From Hydrolagus colliei (Eukaryota): a DNA stretch of 64,000 nucleotides. Both the position numbers and the translations under genes were made by a program. Shown piece after piece: positions 63,713 to 64,000 of this stretch. The notes under the pieces were generated by a model that worked only from the letters and a program-made list of their open reading frames with translations, ran no database searches and was not told the origin of the DNA. The DNA lies in contig CM068748.1 in assembly GCA_035084275.1 (NCBI GenBank), positions 13,578,001 to 13,642,000 of the forward strand, read 5' to 3'. Within the stretch, counting starts at the first letter, position 1; each line of letters begins with the position of its first letter.

Positions 63713-64000
63713 TCCTGTGTTGTCTACCACTGTCTTTGTACCTGTGTATTCACCCACTAACTATGTTGCCTAATACATCAGTATCATTTGCATGATATTT
63801 GTGCATATGTAAAGAGTCGCATAATAATTTATTATATTGACTGGACTGCACATAAATGCAGACCTGGTTGGTTGAAGTAAATCCCCAAGCCATGTATGTA
63901 TTTTTACTATTTCTTTCTCTTGCCTTTTTAGTATCTTTTGAGCAAGACCTTTTGGTTAAATTTAGTGCTTTCAGCGAAATCAAACCAGAGGTTGTTTCAA

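Larger units (their letters stand above)
2518..63735 (+). other. COL13A1: Collagen XIII alpha-1 (MACIT transmembrane collagen) gene, 5'-incomplete; COL1-NC2-COL2-NC3-COL3-NC4 exons
   Basis: 44 small ag/gt-flanked phase-0 exons, mostly Gly-X-Y, in colinear order. Diagnostic peptides SIIGPRGPP, DYNGNISEALQ-EIRTLALA, GASGLDGQPGPP and [10 protein letters not shown] match recalled COL13A1 better than COL25A1 (GCWQK) or COL23A1 (GCWHK). The 3' end is approximate. Confidence 0.9.
63582..63735 (+). other. COL13A1: Terminal exon: TGA stop (63582-63584) plus short 3'UTR
   Basis: Long polypyrimidine tract, ttttgcag|TGATGATGA; TGTACATAGAATATTTATTTTTATACAG block; ATTAAA at 63707-63712 followed by GT-rich sequence; end approximate. 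Confidence 0.85.

Noticed and set aside
1-64000. A novel multi-gene or prokaryote-type system; remaining 60-130 aa ORFs
   Set aside because: The window is one vertebrate gene with introns; the remaining ORFs have no recognisable domains and are of a size expected by chance. Any novelty lies in exon architecture and splicing.

Overview
Vertebrate genomic DNA, AT-rich and mostly intronic. The SINE/LINE2 repertoire resembles that of a chimaera or elephant shark (inference from recalled consensus sequences). The + strand holds the 3' portion of one membrane-associated collagen with interrupted triple helices (MACIT) gene, best assigned to COL13A1 from NC3 DYNGNISEALQEIRTLALA and the C-terminus [20 protein letters not shown]. 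I read 44 intact ag/gt-flanked, phase-0 coding exons (18-144 nt, 2100 nt in total) from COL1 to NC4, plus a terminal exon that starts with the TGA stop. The 5' transmembrane/NC1 exons lie upstream of the window. Introns contain tRNA-derived SINEs, L2/CR1/RTE LINE fragments and two TA-flanked Tc1/mariner-superfamily MITEs. No prokaryote-type system is present, and almost all ORF-track entries are spurious. The points worth a second look concern splicing: (1) two tandem penultimate exons, both ending GLDAPCPL, probably mutually exclusive; (2) a decayed 54-nt collagen exon with an in-frame TAA; (3) two candidate terminal-exon acceptors, each followed by TGA; (4) an RGE/RGD exon pair; (5) a candidate 8/21-nt microexon; (6) extra COL25-like exons, suggesting an ancestral MACIT architecture. 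Comparisons with human COL13A1/COL25A1 are from memory and need alignment.
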